Numbered from the stretch's first letter, positions 10,401 to 19,678 are shown. The stretch is DNA of 64,000 nt from a virus (IMGVR_UViG_2791355084_000002:36496-100495); one strand, 5' to 3'. The notes: generated from the letters alone by a model not told the origin. Numbers and translations: made by a program.

Positions 10401-10527
10401 TACAAGCGAATCTGTACTTGATTTATCGGTGTTAGAAAAAGTTATTCAGCTCCTTCGAGTTATCGCTGATAAAGACCTGTCACTTGAACTTGATGGTCAT
10501 GTTTTAACGAATTATGTTGATGAGTGA
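7429..10527 (+). CDS. Tail tape measure protein (prophage 1), possibly shortened by 15 codons
   Basis: 1032 aa, W/F-spaced 11-aa repeats, LGIHSPSRV motif. Confidence 0.92.
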   Translation: MNENFTARIGARITQFMAQMRQVQNTIRTTANDVHVDIGADISQFRRRMAEIRARIAALIRERVVIKIEARIEAFQNKINRIATNIRAFGELIQHTLKGSLMAVFPAISPILGNISGAIANLGPMIGTVAGSTFALAGAFAAAGTAAVGFGAVAIPTIKTLFDETGPPFTALQKKAWNAFESVKKTYRSLVKETETPVLQAFTSAMQATDSILNKLRPLFISSAQAVANLMAQLNTAIDTPPIQKFLTYLNTSGASLLETFGRSFGNVFKGLLSMLTAFAPLSFSTAKGFEAMTARFAEWANGLSGSAKFQAFMDYVNTNMPKIRAIFRDAIAGVVYFFSAFAGSSSSMMDGLVSMMARFKEWSATLSQNQGFQQFIDYVHQSAPSVMNLIGNLTTFLVNLGIGMAPLGATIIELANKFLTFANSLMENNRSIGVIIAGLISFGGVLLAIVPNIIAFKELFAGFGSSMFGGIGKALKSVTGLFTNFSGTMASLGAKVMTFATNFGKAFGLITNPVGLVVIAIVGFIAILVRLYQTNEKFRTQVQTVWEAIKTGISVAVTAVKDLVMSVWSQITAFWTENQASIKATALVVWNVIENVVTSVMSVIGTIMQKIWPVVKALIVSTWEAIKNVIQGAIKVILGIVKTFSALFRGDWQGVWDGIKQILSGALQAVWGAINLYFVGKLLGPLKAFGSTAKTLLQGVWTTIKGIFTNTLNAIKSTVSTIFNGLKNTIKTIWNGIKSFFNTVLNGIKSIFTSVWRSIASFLDNFFTSLIGTIQSVWNGIKSFISSVLKAIANIIKSIWNGIKTTINTILNGIKRTIETIWNGFKTTVSTAMKNVKSAVVNGWNAAKSFLQNISLVKIGEFIVAGLVKGISNWFGKVKAKVMELAQLLPTWLRNKLGIHSPSRVMMSVGKWIPSGLAKGISGNTKVVTKAAAVLAANAVPDISSSLSTTKAEMKLAASQLAEAARADLRILTDGLSMKSAISSAQKTSITSESVLDLSVLEKVIQLLRVIADKDLSLELDGHVLTNYVDE

Positions 10528-10575
10528 ACGGCAAGAAAAGTCGACCTAAAACGTTCTATGAGAGGAGTGTAAAGG

Positions 10576-11484
10576 ATGGATGCGAAGTTAGTAAAAGTGA
10601 ATGGAGAAGAAATTGTTTTGTCTCATGAGCGTTTTGTGACACAAGACATAATCGTTTCTCCTATCGAGATTAAGCGTGATATAGCGGATGTCGAAAGACG
10701 AGCAGGAGCAATCAACGAATTAGTTAAATATGGCACTCGTACAATACAACTTCAACTGATGTTTATCGCAAAAGACCATTCAGACTTTGAAACACTTGAA
10801 AATAGAGCGTTTGATCTGTTCACAGATTTAGAGCCGTATTATTTATATAAAGCTATACCAACAAAGCAATCCACTATGTACGAATTCGAGCTACCAGGTA
10901 AGCAATGGGGTAGAGAGCTCGATTTTATTCCTAGTGAGGTTGCTTTTTTATATGGGAAACGATACTTCGTTATCAATAGCAATATGTCTGAGGTTGCACA
11001 AGATGGGCTCACAGGTCGATTCACGGTTGAATTAGAAACTTATCAACTTCCTTACGCAGAAAGTGCTGCAACATTAAAAGATTTAAAGCTGTGGGACGCT
11101 AATAAGTGGGAATGGAATCAAGGGTTGACGTGGGACGAGGATTTACAGTACAAGTTTACGGCCAATAATTTCACAGTGAAAAACTTAGGCAATGTCAAAA
11201 TTGATCCGCGTGAAAGTGAATTGAAAATAACGATTAAGGCAACAGCATCGAGCTATTTAGAATTTAAGAATAATACCACTAGCGAAGTGTTTAGGTTTAA
11301 TGGCGCTTTAACAGGTACAGATACATTAGTTTTGAATGGCATTCACACTTATAAAAACGGTGCGAATGCCATTTTGAATACAAATAAAAAGCCATTAACG
11401 CTTGTGCCGGGAAACAATGTTTTTTCAGTGTCCGGTGGAACTGTGCAATCAATCGAATTTGATTTTAGATTCTTATACAAATAG
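10576..11484 (+). CDS. Distal tail protein (Dit)
   Basis: PYAES, NLGNVKIDPR, LVPGNN...FRFLYK motifs; follows TMP. Confidence 0.85.
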   Translation: MDAKLVKVNGEEIVLSHERFVTQDIIVSPIEIKRDIADVERRAGAINELVKYGTRTIQLQLMFIAKDHSDFETLENRAFDLFTDLEPYYLYKAIPTKQSTMYEFELPGKQWGRELDFIPSEVAFLYGKRYFVINSNMSEVAQDGLTGRFTVELETYQLPYAESAATLKDLKLWDANKWEWNQGLTWDEDLQYKFTANNFTVKNLGNVKIDPRESELKITIKATASSYLEFKNNTTSEVFRFNGALTGTDTLVLNGIHTYKNGANAILNTNKKPLTLVPGNNVFSVSGGTVQSIEFDFRFLYK

Positions 11485-11500
11485 AAGGGATGTGCTTTAA

Positions 11501-12610
11501 TTGACTTTAGAATTGCATAACACAGAAAATCCCATTAGTAATGCAGAACGAATGAAGCTCAATGAGAACTGGCAACGAATTATATCGGGGTATAGTTATT
11601 TGCAACAACAAATCAAAATGTTGTCTGGCAGTACAGAAGTTGATGAATTGTTACAGCGATTAAATCAAGCTGTAGATAATGCGAATACTACAGTGCAACA
11701 ATCTATAGAGACGAATAACACAACATTGCAAGAAGCACTTAGTACTATCTCGCAAAAATTAGTACAGGTTAATAAGGCAATTACAGAAGCCAATTCTGCT
11801 CGCCCTGAAGTCAATACTGCTAAACAAGGTGCTTTAGCGGCATCAGAGCAAGTTCAAACAGCCCTCGCTTCATTGGAATTAATGGTTAAGAATATGGGTT
11901 CTAGGGGCAATTGGAATAATACGACGCAATATTATAAAAATAATTTGGTTCTCTTTAATGGTTCATCCTTTATCGCCTTACAGGATAACTTAGGAAAGAC
12001 GCCTCCGAGTGATATTCAATCGAATGTGTATTGGTCAATGCTTGCTAAACAAGGACCTGCAGGGAAATCAGCATACGAACTAGCTGTTGAAAATGGATTT
12101 AAGGGAACGATGAAAGAATGGATTGAATCTTTAAAAGGTCTCCGAGGTCCAAAGGGTCCACAAGGTCCACAAGGAGAAACACAGCATGCAGTAAATTTCA
12201 ATCAAGAGATTCAGACATTGCAGACAACAGTAAATCAGTTGAATGAAAAAAAGGCAAACAAAAAGCTATCAGACAGCATCCAATGTACACTTCAGGCTGG
12301 ATGGAGTCATCAACGAAAGGCCCCTTTAATCTATTACAAAGACGATTTTGGCATCGTGCATGTACAAGGGGAAATCATTAATTCCGGAAGCCAATCTCAT
12401 AATGTATGTACAGTATTGCCAGTTGGATTTAGACCACGTAGTGATGTGGATAGACGGCAGGAAGTAGTTGCCATAGGGTACAAGTTTAATCATAGAGCGG
12501 TGAATGTTCCACCAATAGTAACGACAATTAGCATAGAACGCTCCGGTTTTATCCATTGTGATACCCAATTTGACAAGATCGCAATGGCATTTTCATTTAG
12601 GACAGATTAG
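11501..12610 (+). CDS. Tail fibre/baseplate protein with coiled coil, carbohydrate-binding-like module and collagen-like repeats
   Basis: RGNWNNTTQYYKNNLVLFNGSSFIA, GKSAYELAV, GPKGPQGPQG, LPVGFRP motifs. Confidence 0.75.
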   Translation: MTLELHNTENPISNAERMKLNENWQRIISGYSYLQQQIKMLSGSTEVDELLQRLNQAVDNANTTVQQSIETNNTTLQEALSTISQKLVQVNKAITEANSARPEVNTAKQGALAASEQVQTALASLELMVKNMGSRGNWNNTTQYYKNNLVLFNGSSFIALQDNLGKTPPSDIQSNVYWSMLAKQGPAGKSAYELAVENGFKGTMKEWIESLKGLRGPKGPQGPQGETQHAVNFNQEIQTLQTTVNQLNEKKANKKLSDSIQCTLQAGWSHQRKAPLIYYKDDFGIVHVQGEIINSGSQSHNVCTVLPVGFRPRSDVDRRQEVVAIGYKFNHRAVNVPPIVTTISIERSGFIHCDTQFDKIAMAFSFRTD

Positions 12611-12623
12611 GGAGGAATTCCTT

Positions 12624-12938
12624 GTGCGTAAGCAAGTTTATCAAGTGGATAGCGACGGGTTTATTGAGGAAGTATTTTTAGGCGAATTGGACGAGGAAGG
12701 TAATCTGATTGATCCAGTTGGTGATTACGTCACAACAAATTTACCACAACCTTTACCGTTCTATCGACCAAAATGGAATGGGGTTCAATGGGTTGAAGGT
12801 GGAACGGAAGAAGAGCTGGCTAAGCATAAAGAACAACAGTTACTGAAGAATTTAAAGCCGTCAGTGGAAGAAATAATGGATGCTGATTTAGAAGTAAAGA
12901 TTCTTACCATGTTATTAGAAATGGAGGTAATCGAGTAA
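12624..12938 (+). CDS. Tail fibre assembly chaperone-like protein
   Basis: GTG after RBS agggagga; PFYRPKWNGVQWVEG motif. Confidence 0.65.
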   Translation: MRKQVYQVDSDGFIEEVFLGELDEEGNLIDPVGDYVTTNLPQPLPFYRPKWNGVQWVEGGTEEELAKHKEQQLLKNLKPSVEEIMDADLEVKILTMLLEMEVIE

Positions 12939-13108
12939 TGGAGAAACATTTAGAAGGATTAACTCTGGTGCAAAAACGATTGGTGAAAGCTTATGCTACA
13001 AGCATTATGGGAGAGGTTCGTACGGTTAAAGATGTGAAACCAGAAGAGTTGCGGAGATACGTAGAGTTAGAAATTGCGGAACGGGAAATTGCTCATCTTG
13101 CTAAATAA
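12938..13108 (+). CDS. Small phage protein (56 aa, absent from the ORF track)
   Basis: MEKHLEGLTLVQKRLVKAYA...; start overlaps the upstream stop, RBS ggagg. Confidence 0.65.
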   Translation: MEKHLEGLTLVQKRLVKAYATSIMGEVRTVKDVKPEELRRYVELEIAEREIAHLAK

Positions 13109-13166
13109 TTGTTGGTTTGTAATAAAGATCGATAGTTAATAAAAAAAGATTAGTAGTTTAAAAAAG

Positions 13167-13197
13167 TTGCATCGTTTATGCCTTTGGATGGTATAAT
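13167..13197 (+). promoter_or_regulatory. Putative sigma-A promoter of the MFS cargo unit
   Basis: TTGCAT-N19-TATAAT with extended -10 (TGgTATAAT). Confidence 0.55.
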
Positions 13198-13231
13198 TTT
13201 ACGTATATTTATTTTAGAAGGAAGTGAATTC

Positions 13232-13315
13232 ATGAGTGATTTAGAAAAAATCAAACTTGTGAAGCCACCATTTCCCAAGCTACGATGTTTTTCTTTCGAA
13301 CCTATAATTATCTAG
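13232..13315 (+). CDS. Putative leader peptide MSDLEKIKLVKPPFPKLRCFSFEPIII
   Basis: Own RBS (aaggaagtg); its TAG overlaps the RBS (aggag) of the MFS gene. Confidence 0.55.
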   Translation: MSDLEKIKLVKPPFPKLRCFSFEPIII

Positions 13316-13327
13316 GAGTGTACTATT

Positions 13328-14509
13328 TTGAAGAAAAACATCGGAAACAAAACACCTAGCTTATTATTACTGATTGTACTAGTAGGCTTCCCACAGATTA
13401 GTGAAACTATTTTTAGCCCATCATTACCATCTATCGCAGCAGTATTTGAAACTTCTATGAGTGATGCACAGCTTACGATGAGTGTGTATTTTATCGCTTT
13501 TGCCTTCGGAGTATTTTTCTTTGGGCGTTTATCCGATAAAATCGGTCGTCGCAAGGCAATGCTATATGGGCTATTCTTATATTTTTTTGGTAACGTACTT
13601 TGTTTAGTAGCAAATGAAATGGCGGTTTTATTAGTCGCACGGTTTATTCAAGCTTTTGGTGCAAGTGTTGGCTCTGTCGTGACACAAACGATTTTACGAG
13701 AAAGTTTTTCTGGTGTTGAGCGTCATAAATTGTTTGCTCAAATTACAGCTGCCCTTGCCTTCACACCTGCCCTTGGTCCATTAATCGGTGGTTTTACTGA
13801 TTATTATTTTGGCTTTAAGGTCGTATTTTTTGTGTTAGTTGCTATGAGTATTATTGTATTTTGCTACGCGTATATACGCTTACCTGAAACAGTGCTAACA
13901 ACAATCCAAATGAAGCCTATACTACCAATAGTAAAGCGCATGTTTACAAATGCGCGTCTATGGCGCTACGGCGTATTAATTGGCGGTATTAACGGTGTAT
14001 TATTTAGCTATTATACCGAAGCACCATTTATTTTTACGCAATACTTTAAACTAACAAGTGCTGTGTATGGTTTTTTAGGTATTATCGTTGCTCTCGCTTC
14101 TATTGCGGGTGCGATGCTATCTAAACGACTTGTTAGCCATACAAAACCTGAGAAGATTATCGTACAAGGGTTAGTCATTATGCTCATCGGTACATTGCTC
14201 GCTACATCGGTGCAATTTTTACCAAATGCATTACAAATGCCAACCATGATTGTTAGTGTGTTCATTATTTTATTTGGTACAGGTACCGCTTTACCAATCT
14301 GTTTAAGCATAGCGCTCATTGACTTTCAAGACGTCATTGGTTCTGCCAGTGCGATATTTAGCTTAGGGTATTATTTACTCGTTAGCGCTACAATCTATGG
14401 TATGAGCATTTTCCATAATGGAACAGTCCTTGCAATGCCCCTATATTTTTTAGCACTAGGGATTGTTATGCTCTTAATAAGCTTACCATTACTTTATAAA
14501 AAGATGTGA
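13328..14509 (+). CDS. Bcr/CflA-family MFS drug efflux transporter
   Basis: About 12 hydrophobic segments, motif A GRLSDKIGRR, ARFIQAFGAS, PALGPLIGG. Confidence 0.92.
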   Translation: MKKNIGNKTPSLLLLIVLVGFPQISETIFSPSLPSIAAVFETSMSDAQLTMSVYFIAFAFGVFFFGRLSDKIGRRKAMLYGLFLYFFGNVLCLVANEMAVLLVARFIQAFGASVGSVVTQTILRESFSGVERHKLFAQITAALAFTPALGPLIGGFTDYYFGFKVVFFVLVAMSIIVFCYAYIRLPETVLTTIQMKPILPIVKRMFTNARLWRYGVLIGGINGVLFSYYTEAPFIFTQYFKLTSAVYGFLGIIVALASIAGAMLSKRLVSHTKPEKIIVQGLVIMLIGTLLATSVQFLPNALQMPTMIVSVFIILFGTGTALPICLSIALIDFQDVIGSASAIFSLGYYLLVSATIYGMSIFHNGTVLAMPLYFLALGIVMLLISLPLLYKKM

Positions 14510-14625
14510 AGTGTTAAATTCTTGCTCTACGTAATAGAGCTACTATCGTATTTAAAAGTTGAATTGAAAATAGACGTCATTTCGAATGTGAAAGCTACAA
14601 TAATCGTTTCATAATGTTGTTTATA

Positions 14626-14658
14626 AAAGTATCCTCTTTTGAGGGTGCTTTTTCTTTT
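14626..14658 (+). terminator. Intrinsic terminator closing the MFS unit
   Basis: aaaagtatcctc-tttt-gagggtgctttt plus T-tract. Confidence 0.7.
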
Positions 14659-14704
14659 GCTTGAAAGTAAGCATATGAAATACATTTTCAGTTGGTGATA
14701 AAGA

Positions 14705-16444
14705 ATGCTAGTCGTTAAAAACTTTGCTGGAAATCAGACAGAGCCTTTTTTCACAACATCTGCACCAGTATTCGAACAAGATACTCTAGGCAATTTAACG
14801 CTTGAATTCACAATCAATAAATCAAATAACGAAGATGGATTTAACCTTCTTCAAGAAGAGTCAATTGTCACAGCAGCTAATTATGATTTTCGAGTAAAAC
14901 AATTAATTGATAATAAGCCAGAACGCAAAACCATCCTTGCCATCTCGACATTCTTTGACTTAGCGTATCAATTTAAAGATAAAACTTTTGGTGGCACTCA
15001 TAGCAGTCAAGAGTTTATAACCTACTTGCTTTCTGGTACAGGTTGGAGCGCAACTATTGATTTCACGGAAACTGCTACAATTTATAAATTTGGTTCAAAA
15101 AACATCATCCAGTGTGTTAATCAAATCTGTGATGCCTTCAATTGTGAATTTGAGATATTACCAAATAACCGAGTTCACTTTAGTAAATCACTTGGTCCGG
15201 ATAATGGAGCACAGTATCGCTATGGTCATAACATTAAAGCACTTAGCCGAAAGATTGATACAACCCATCTACGAACAAAAATTACAGCAACAGGTAAAAA
15301 TGGTTTGACTGTAACCTACACCTCACCAAATCACACAATATGGGGTATTCGTATTGCTAATCCAATTAGTGACGAGCGATTTACAAATGCAGATAACCTA
15401 TTGAAAAAGGCTAAGGATGCACTTATTGACTATCCAGAAGTATCGTTTGAGCTGGATACAATCGAATTATTAGATAAACAGTTAGGTGAAAAGGTATGGC
15501 TGATTTACGAGCCGATTGAGGGCCTGAAGCTACAGACTCGAATACTTAAACGTTTTTGTATTGTAGATGAGGTTATAGACGAGTTAAAGACTATGGCTGT
15601 CACACTAGGCAACTCCTTACCTCGCACAATGTCAGATAATGAGGTTGATACGGAAGAGCTTATCGAAGATACAAAAGAAGAACTAAGTGAAGTTATCGAG
15701 GAAAATAAAAAGGAATATAAGTCTGCCATCACACAAACTGATAGCCGTATTACCCTTGAGGTAGAAAAGTTAAATAAATCAATTGCTACTATTGATTTGA
15801 AAGCCGACCAGATTAGTCTATCAGTGAGTAATCGAATTGCAAATGAAGTGGCTGCTATTAATGTTCGTGCTAATCAAATACAGTCAACGGTAAGTGCTCA
15901 AAGCGTTTCAATTGGCAACTTAAATAACCGTATAGGTAGCGCTGAAAGTAGTATTACACAGCAATCTTGGCAAATCAGTCAAAAGGTAAGTACAACGGAT
16001 TACAATGGCAATACCATTGCATCTTTAATTAATCAAACATCCACCACAATTAGTATTCAAGCATCAAAAATTAATCTTGTAGGCGCAGTTAGGGTTCTTT
16101 CAGACATTAGTGGGAATTTAGGTTCGATTACTTCGGGTAACATTCATATTAAAGAAGATATTCACATGGGACGCAGACTCTACTTTAGTGATATGACATC
16201 TGTAGGAGGCGCAAATGGGACGATTCAATTAAGTGCTTGGAATGACATTATATATAGCGGATCACGTCACTCTTTTAATGGAACGGTTGATTTTAGTGGA
16301 GCAAGAGTAGTAGGCCTTGGCGGTGGAGGAAATTATGTAAGTACTAACACGCTTGGTCTAGAAATTACACAAAGTACAAATAATGCAAGAACAATTGTTT
16401 TTAAACGATATGGTCGGGATTTAGGTACGATTACATTAAGATAA
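14705..16444 (+). CDS. Prophage tail endopeptidase/Tal-like protein
   Basis: YRYGHNIK, YTSP, DERFT motifs and gp58-like C-terminal repeats (IASLINQT, IQASKINL). Confidence 0.82.
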   Translation: MLVVKNFAGNQTEPFFTTSAPVFEQDTLGNLTLEFTINKSNNEDGFNLLQEESIVTAANYDFRVKQLIDNKPERKTILAISTFFDLAYQFKDKTFGGTHSSQEFITYLLSGTGWSATIDFTETATIYKFGSKNIIQCVNQICDAFNCEFEILPNNRVHFSKSLGPDNGAQYRYGHNIKALSRKIDTTHLRTKITATGKNGLTVTYTSPNHTIWGIRIANPISDERFTNADNLLKKAKDALIDYPEVSFELDTIELLDKQLGEKVWLIYEPIEGLKLQTRILKRFCIVDEVIDELKTMAVTLGNSLPRTMSDNEVDTEELIEDTKEELSEVIEENKKEYKSAITQTDSRITLEVEKLNKSIATIDLKADQISLSVSNRIANEVAAINVRANQIQSTVSAQSVSIGNLNNRIGSAESSITQQSWQISQKVSTTDYNGNTIASLINQTSTTISIQASKINLVGAVRVLSDISGNLGSITSGNIHIKEDIHMGRRLYFSDMTSVGGANGTIQLSAWNDIIYSGSRHSFNGTVDFSGARVVGLGGGGNYVSTNTLGLEITQSTNNARTIVFKRYGRDLGTITLR

Positions 16445-16459
16445 GGAGAAATATTAGCT

Positions 16460-16816
16460 ATGGAACAGAATTATTTTCTAATTTCAAATGAAGGAACAGC
16501 GTTCGCATTAGAGGGGAAAATAGACTTAGGACAGATTCAAAAGATTTTAAATACACCACAAAATGTTGCTGTACGATTAGGACGTAAAGTGGTCAATAAG
16601 TTTATGATTCATGCTGTGGCAAAAAATGAATGTTCCGACATGGAGAATTATAATTTAGATATCACAGTCGGACAAAGTAAGCTTCGTACGAATGCGGGTG
16701 ATTTAGAAAAGGTATTAGATGCACTAGAATCTGATATTAATAAAATGGAGTATGTCTTGATAAATGACGCAATGTTGATTTTTAAGCATGCTTTTCAGGT
16801 TGCTGAGGCAGAATAA
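16460..16816 (+). CDS. Hypothetical phage protein
   Basis: ORF with RBS aaggag, co-oriented with the tail genes. Confidence 0.6.
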   Translation: MEQNYFLISNEGTAFALEGKIDLGQIQKILNTPQNVAVRLGRKVVNKFMIHAVAKNECSDMENYNLDITVGQSKLRTNAGDLEKVLDALESDINKMEYVLINDAMLIFKHAFQVAEAE

Positions 16817-16892
16817 ATAATCAAAAAGTATTACTGACTAACCTGACTAATTATTAAATAATATCTATATATGTTATTAGGAGGATTAGTTA

Positions 16893-17450
16893 GTGAAGTC
16901 TATAAATACAAAAGTACATCAAACAATTATGGATGTTTGGCGTTATGATATTAAAAGTGATTATAATCATCATTTTTTACTTAAAGAAGATACACTAAAA
17001 AATGCAATGTATTATCATATTCGAAATCGACTAGGTGATACATTCATAAAAGACAACAACTTAGCAATTTTTACTGAATATTATATCGATACGAATCAAA
17101 AAATCGATTTAGTAGTAGTGAAAATAGATGTAGATAAAGCAAAAAATGATTATTTAGGTGATTGTATAGAGGAAATAATAGCAATTGTAGAAATGAAGTA
17201 TAAAGGACGGAATGTTTCAGAAAAACATTTTATCAATGATGTTGAAAAAGTATTAGTATTCACTAATCAGTTTAAATCAGAGGCAACGAAGTTCTTTCTA
17301 GCGTTTATTAGGGAAAAATATTTTATTGCTGATGAAGTTACTAATTTTTTATCATTTTATAAAGGTTATCCAGGTGGTAGAATAGTAGAACTTTTATCGT
17401 ATGGATCTGTTGAGGAAGATGATATGGTTTGGAAAGTATTTGAATCTTGA
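16893..17450 (+). CDS. Putative PD-(D/E)XK nuclease cargo gene
   Basis: EDTL...KIDLVVV...IVEMKY pattern; AT-rich; RBS aggagg. Confidence 0.6.
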   Translation: MKSINTKVHQTIMDVWRYDIKSDYNHHFLLKEDTLKNAMYYHIRNRLGDTFIKDNNLAIFTEYYIDTNQKIDLVVVKIDVDKAKNDYLGDCIEEIIAIVEMKYKGRNVSEKHFINDVEKVLVFTNQFKSEATKFFLAFIREKYFIADEVTNFLSFYKGYPGGRIVELLSYGSVEEDDMVWKVFES

Positions 17451-17609
17451 TGAAGATCAAAGCCGTATCTTAAATAATTTTTTAGATTGATTTATTCTTA
17501 TATAATGCGCTGAAAAACAATCGAGTTATGCAACAGTATCAAGTTACTGTTATGTATCTCAAAGTTTTTCAGCGCTTTTATGTTAATAAATAAGGGTGGT
17601 GGTATTGGT

Positions 17610-17909
17610 ATGGATGTAGTTGCAGTAAATGAAATTGCTACAAGCCAAGCAGTTTGGGCAATAGCATGTTTAATTATTGCATATGGGGCATTTCGGTATT
17701 TAATTAGTAAAAACGATAAGTTGATGAACAGAGCTGAAGAACGTGAAAACAAATTAATGGATCACTTAGAACGGTCTAATGAATCGCAAGAAAGAACCGC
17801 AATTGCACTTGAAGGAATAAATCGGTCGTTGAATGTTTTGGAAGGTCGTGTCGATCGTATCGAAAAACACACACTCAAAAATAAAAACGCAGAAAGGGAA
17901 GATGAATAA
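17610..17909 (+). CDS. BhlA/UviB-like holin-type protein
   Basis: N-terminal TM segment, REnKLM motif, coiled coil; precedes the holin. Confidence 0.65.
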   Translation: MDVVAVNEIATSQAVWAIACLIIAYGAFRYLISKNDKLMNRAEERENKLMDHLERSNESQERTAIALEGINRSLNVLEGRVDRIEKHTLKNKNAEREDE

Positions 17910-18172
17910 TGGATCTAACGAACATTTTTACACTTGCAGCGATAATGGTTGCTTTCGTTTTAGCCGTTTCAGAGGTACTAAAAAAGACATTCAAAATAAA
18001 TACACAATACATGCCAATCACTTCTGTTGTGATTGGTATTTTTGTTGGTCTAGTTTGTTGGCCGTTATCAGAGTATCCAGTGTACGTCATGATAATTGCT
18101 GGTTTTGTTGCAGGATTAACAGCCTCTGGAACATTTGATTTGTTAAAAGCATCCAAAAAGGTTGGTGGATAG
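17909..18172 (+). CDS. Holin
   Basis: 87 aa, three TM segments, AGLTASGTFD motif; directly before the endolysin. Confidence 0.85.
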   Translation: MDLTNIFTLAAIMVAFVLAVSEVLKKTFKINTQYMPITSVVIGIFVGLVCWPLSEYPVYVMIIAGFVAGLTASGTFDLLKASKKVGG

Positions 18173-18173
18173 T

Positions 18174-18845
18174 ATGACTAGTGTCACAACAACATGTCGA
18201 GATTTAGGTGAATTACTACCAGTAGCGCAAACGGCTTGCAGATTGCTCTTTCAACAGTGCTACAAAGCAGGTATTCAAAATATCTTCGTTACAGAAACCT
18301 ACCGTTCGCAGGCAAGGCAAAATTATCTATATGCACAAGGTCGAACAAGACCAGGGAAAATTGTAACTTGGACACTGAAGAGTAATCACACTTCACGTTT
18401 AGCATGGGACATTGCCGTGGCTCCCCCGAAACCCTTATATGATGTAGATACATTAACAAAAGTTGGAGCAATAGCTCGTAAGTTAGGTATTACGTGGGGC
18501 GGTGATTGGGCACGCAGAATTGACCGTCCACATTTTGAAGTGAAACGAAATTGGAAGATGCCTAAAGGCTACAAGTTAGAAGGACAAGTAATCGTACCAA
18601 GTAACAGTAAAATGAAAGTCCAATTAATTGTGCAAGATAAGAAGGAGGAGATTACGGTGGCTAATACAATTTGGAATCCTGGTTCACCAGCAATGAGAAC
18701 TGAAACGGAAAACTTTATTGCACAGGCGGTGAAGGAGGGGATTATTAATGCTTCACACTTGAAAGATTTACAAAGTGGCTTAATGACAACTGATCGTTTA
18801 GTTGGGTTGTATATTACTATTCAGCAGAGACGTAACAGAAAGTAA
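18174..18845 (+). CDS. Endolysin, M15 L-Ala-D-Glu peptidase type
   Basis: TETYRSQARQ.LYAQGRT, SNH...AWD, WGGDW...DRPHFE motifs. Confidence 0.92.
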   Translation: MTSVTTTCRDLGELLPVAQTACRLLFQQCYKAGIQNIFVTETYRSQARQNYLYAQGRTRPGKIVTWTLKSNHTSRLAWDIAVAPPKPLYDVDTLTKVGAIARKLGITWGGDWARRIDRPHFEVKRNWKMPKGYKLEGQVIVPSNSKMKVQLIVQDKKEEITVANTIWNPGSPAMRTETENFIAQAVKEGIINASHLKDLQSGLMTTDRLVGLYITIQQRRNRK

Positions 18846-18852
18846 TAAATTT

Positions 18853-18883
18853 AAGCCCTGCTCAAAAATGAGTGGGGTTTTTT
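18853..18883 (+). terminator. Intrinsic terminator after the lysis module
   Basis: aagccctgctca-aaaa-tgagtggggtt plus T-tract. Confidence 0.7.
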
Positions 18884-19059
18884 GATATCTTATTTTGGTT
18901 GAACGAACGTAATAGCTCCACAATAAATGGTGCAAGGTGAACCAGCGTTAAATAATTGGTTGGAATAATAAATGGAAATTTTTAACCAACTGGAGTTGGG
19001 ATAAGGTATTATTAAAGTAGAGAGATAAATGGATATTTAAATCGATTAACAGAAGGAGT

Positions 19060-19593
19060 TTGAGCATGATAAAACAAGCTGAATTACTATGGGAGCGTAT
19101 AATTGAAAGAGGCTCAAATCAAGTTATTAATTTTAAAGAAGCACTAAATCTTCAACCAAGTGCAACAGTTGAAGAGTTCCAACTAATTGAAAGCACTATA
19201 GGCGTGCATCTCCCAGAAGAAATGAAAAGTTTTTATAGTGTTTATAATGGACAAGTTTGGGATTTAGGAGTAGAGCCTTTTGTTAGAAATTTAACACTCT
19301 CTCCAATTTCGGAAATTATTAAAAACTGGGAGTTTCTACAGGAAGAATTTGATCCTGATGACATAATGCCAGATATTAATTATGGTGCTGAGGTTAAACC
19401 ATTTCTCTGGAATAAAAAGTGGATTCCAATTGCTGAAAATGGAGGAGGAGATTATCTTTGTCTTGACACCGATCCAACTGAGGCTGGAATATTTGGACAA
19501 GTGCTATATTTTTACCATGATTATGGCAATCGTTTAATTGAAGCAAAAAAATTATATGAATTTATAGAAGTTTGTTTGAATGAAGAAAGTTAA
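19060..19593 (+). CDS. SMI1/KNR4 (SUKH) family immunity protein
   Basis: AT.EEF..IE..IGVHLPEEMKSFY..YNG, WIPIAENGGGDYLCLD motifs. Confidence 0.9.
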   Translation: MSMIKQAELLWERIIERGSNQVINFKEALNLQPSATVEEFQLIESTIGVHLPEEMKSFYSVYNGQVWDLGVEPFVRNLTLSPISEIIKNWEFLQEEFDPDDIMPDINYGAEVKPFLWNKKWIPIAENGGGDYLCLDTDPTEAGIFGQVLYFYHDYGNRLIEAKKLYEFIEVCLNEES

Positions 19594-19678
19594 GTGACAG
19601 CAAGTATTAAACAAATACGACCACTTCAATATAGGCTGTCTTTATCAAATAAGTTCTAATAGATAAGTTAATAAAGAC

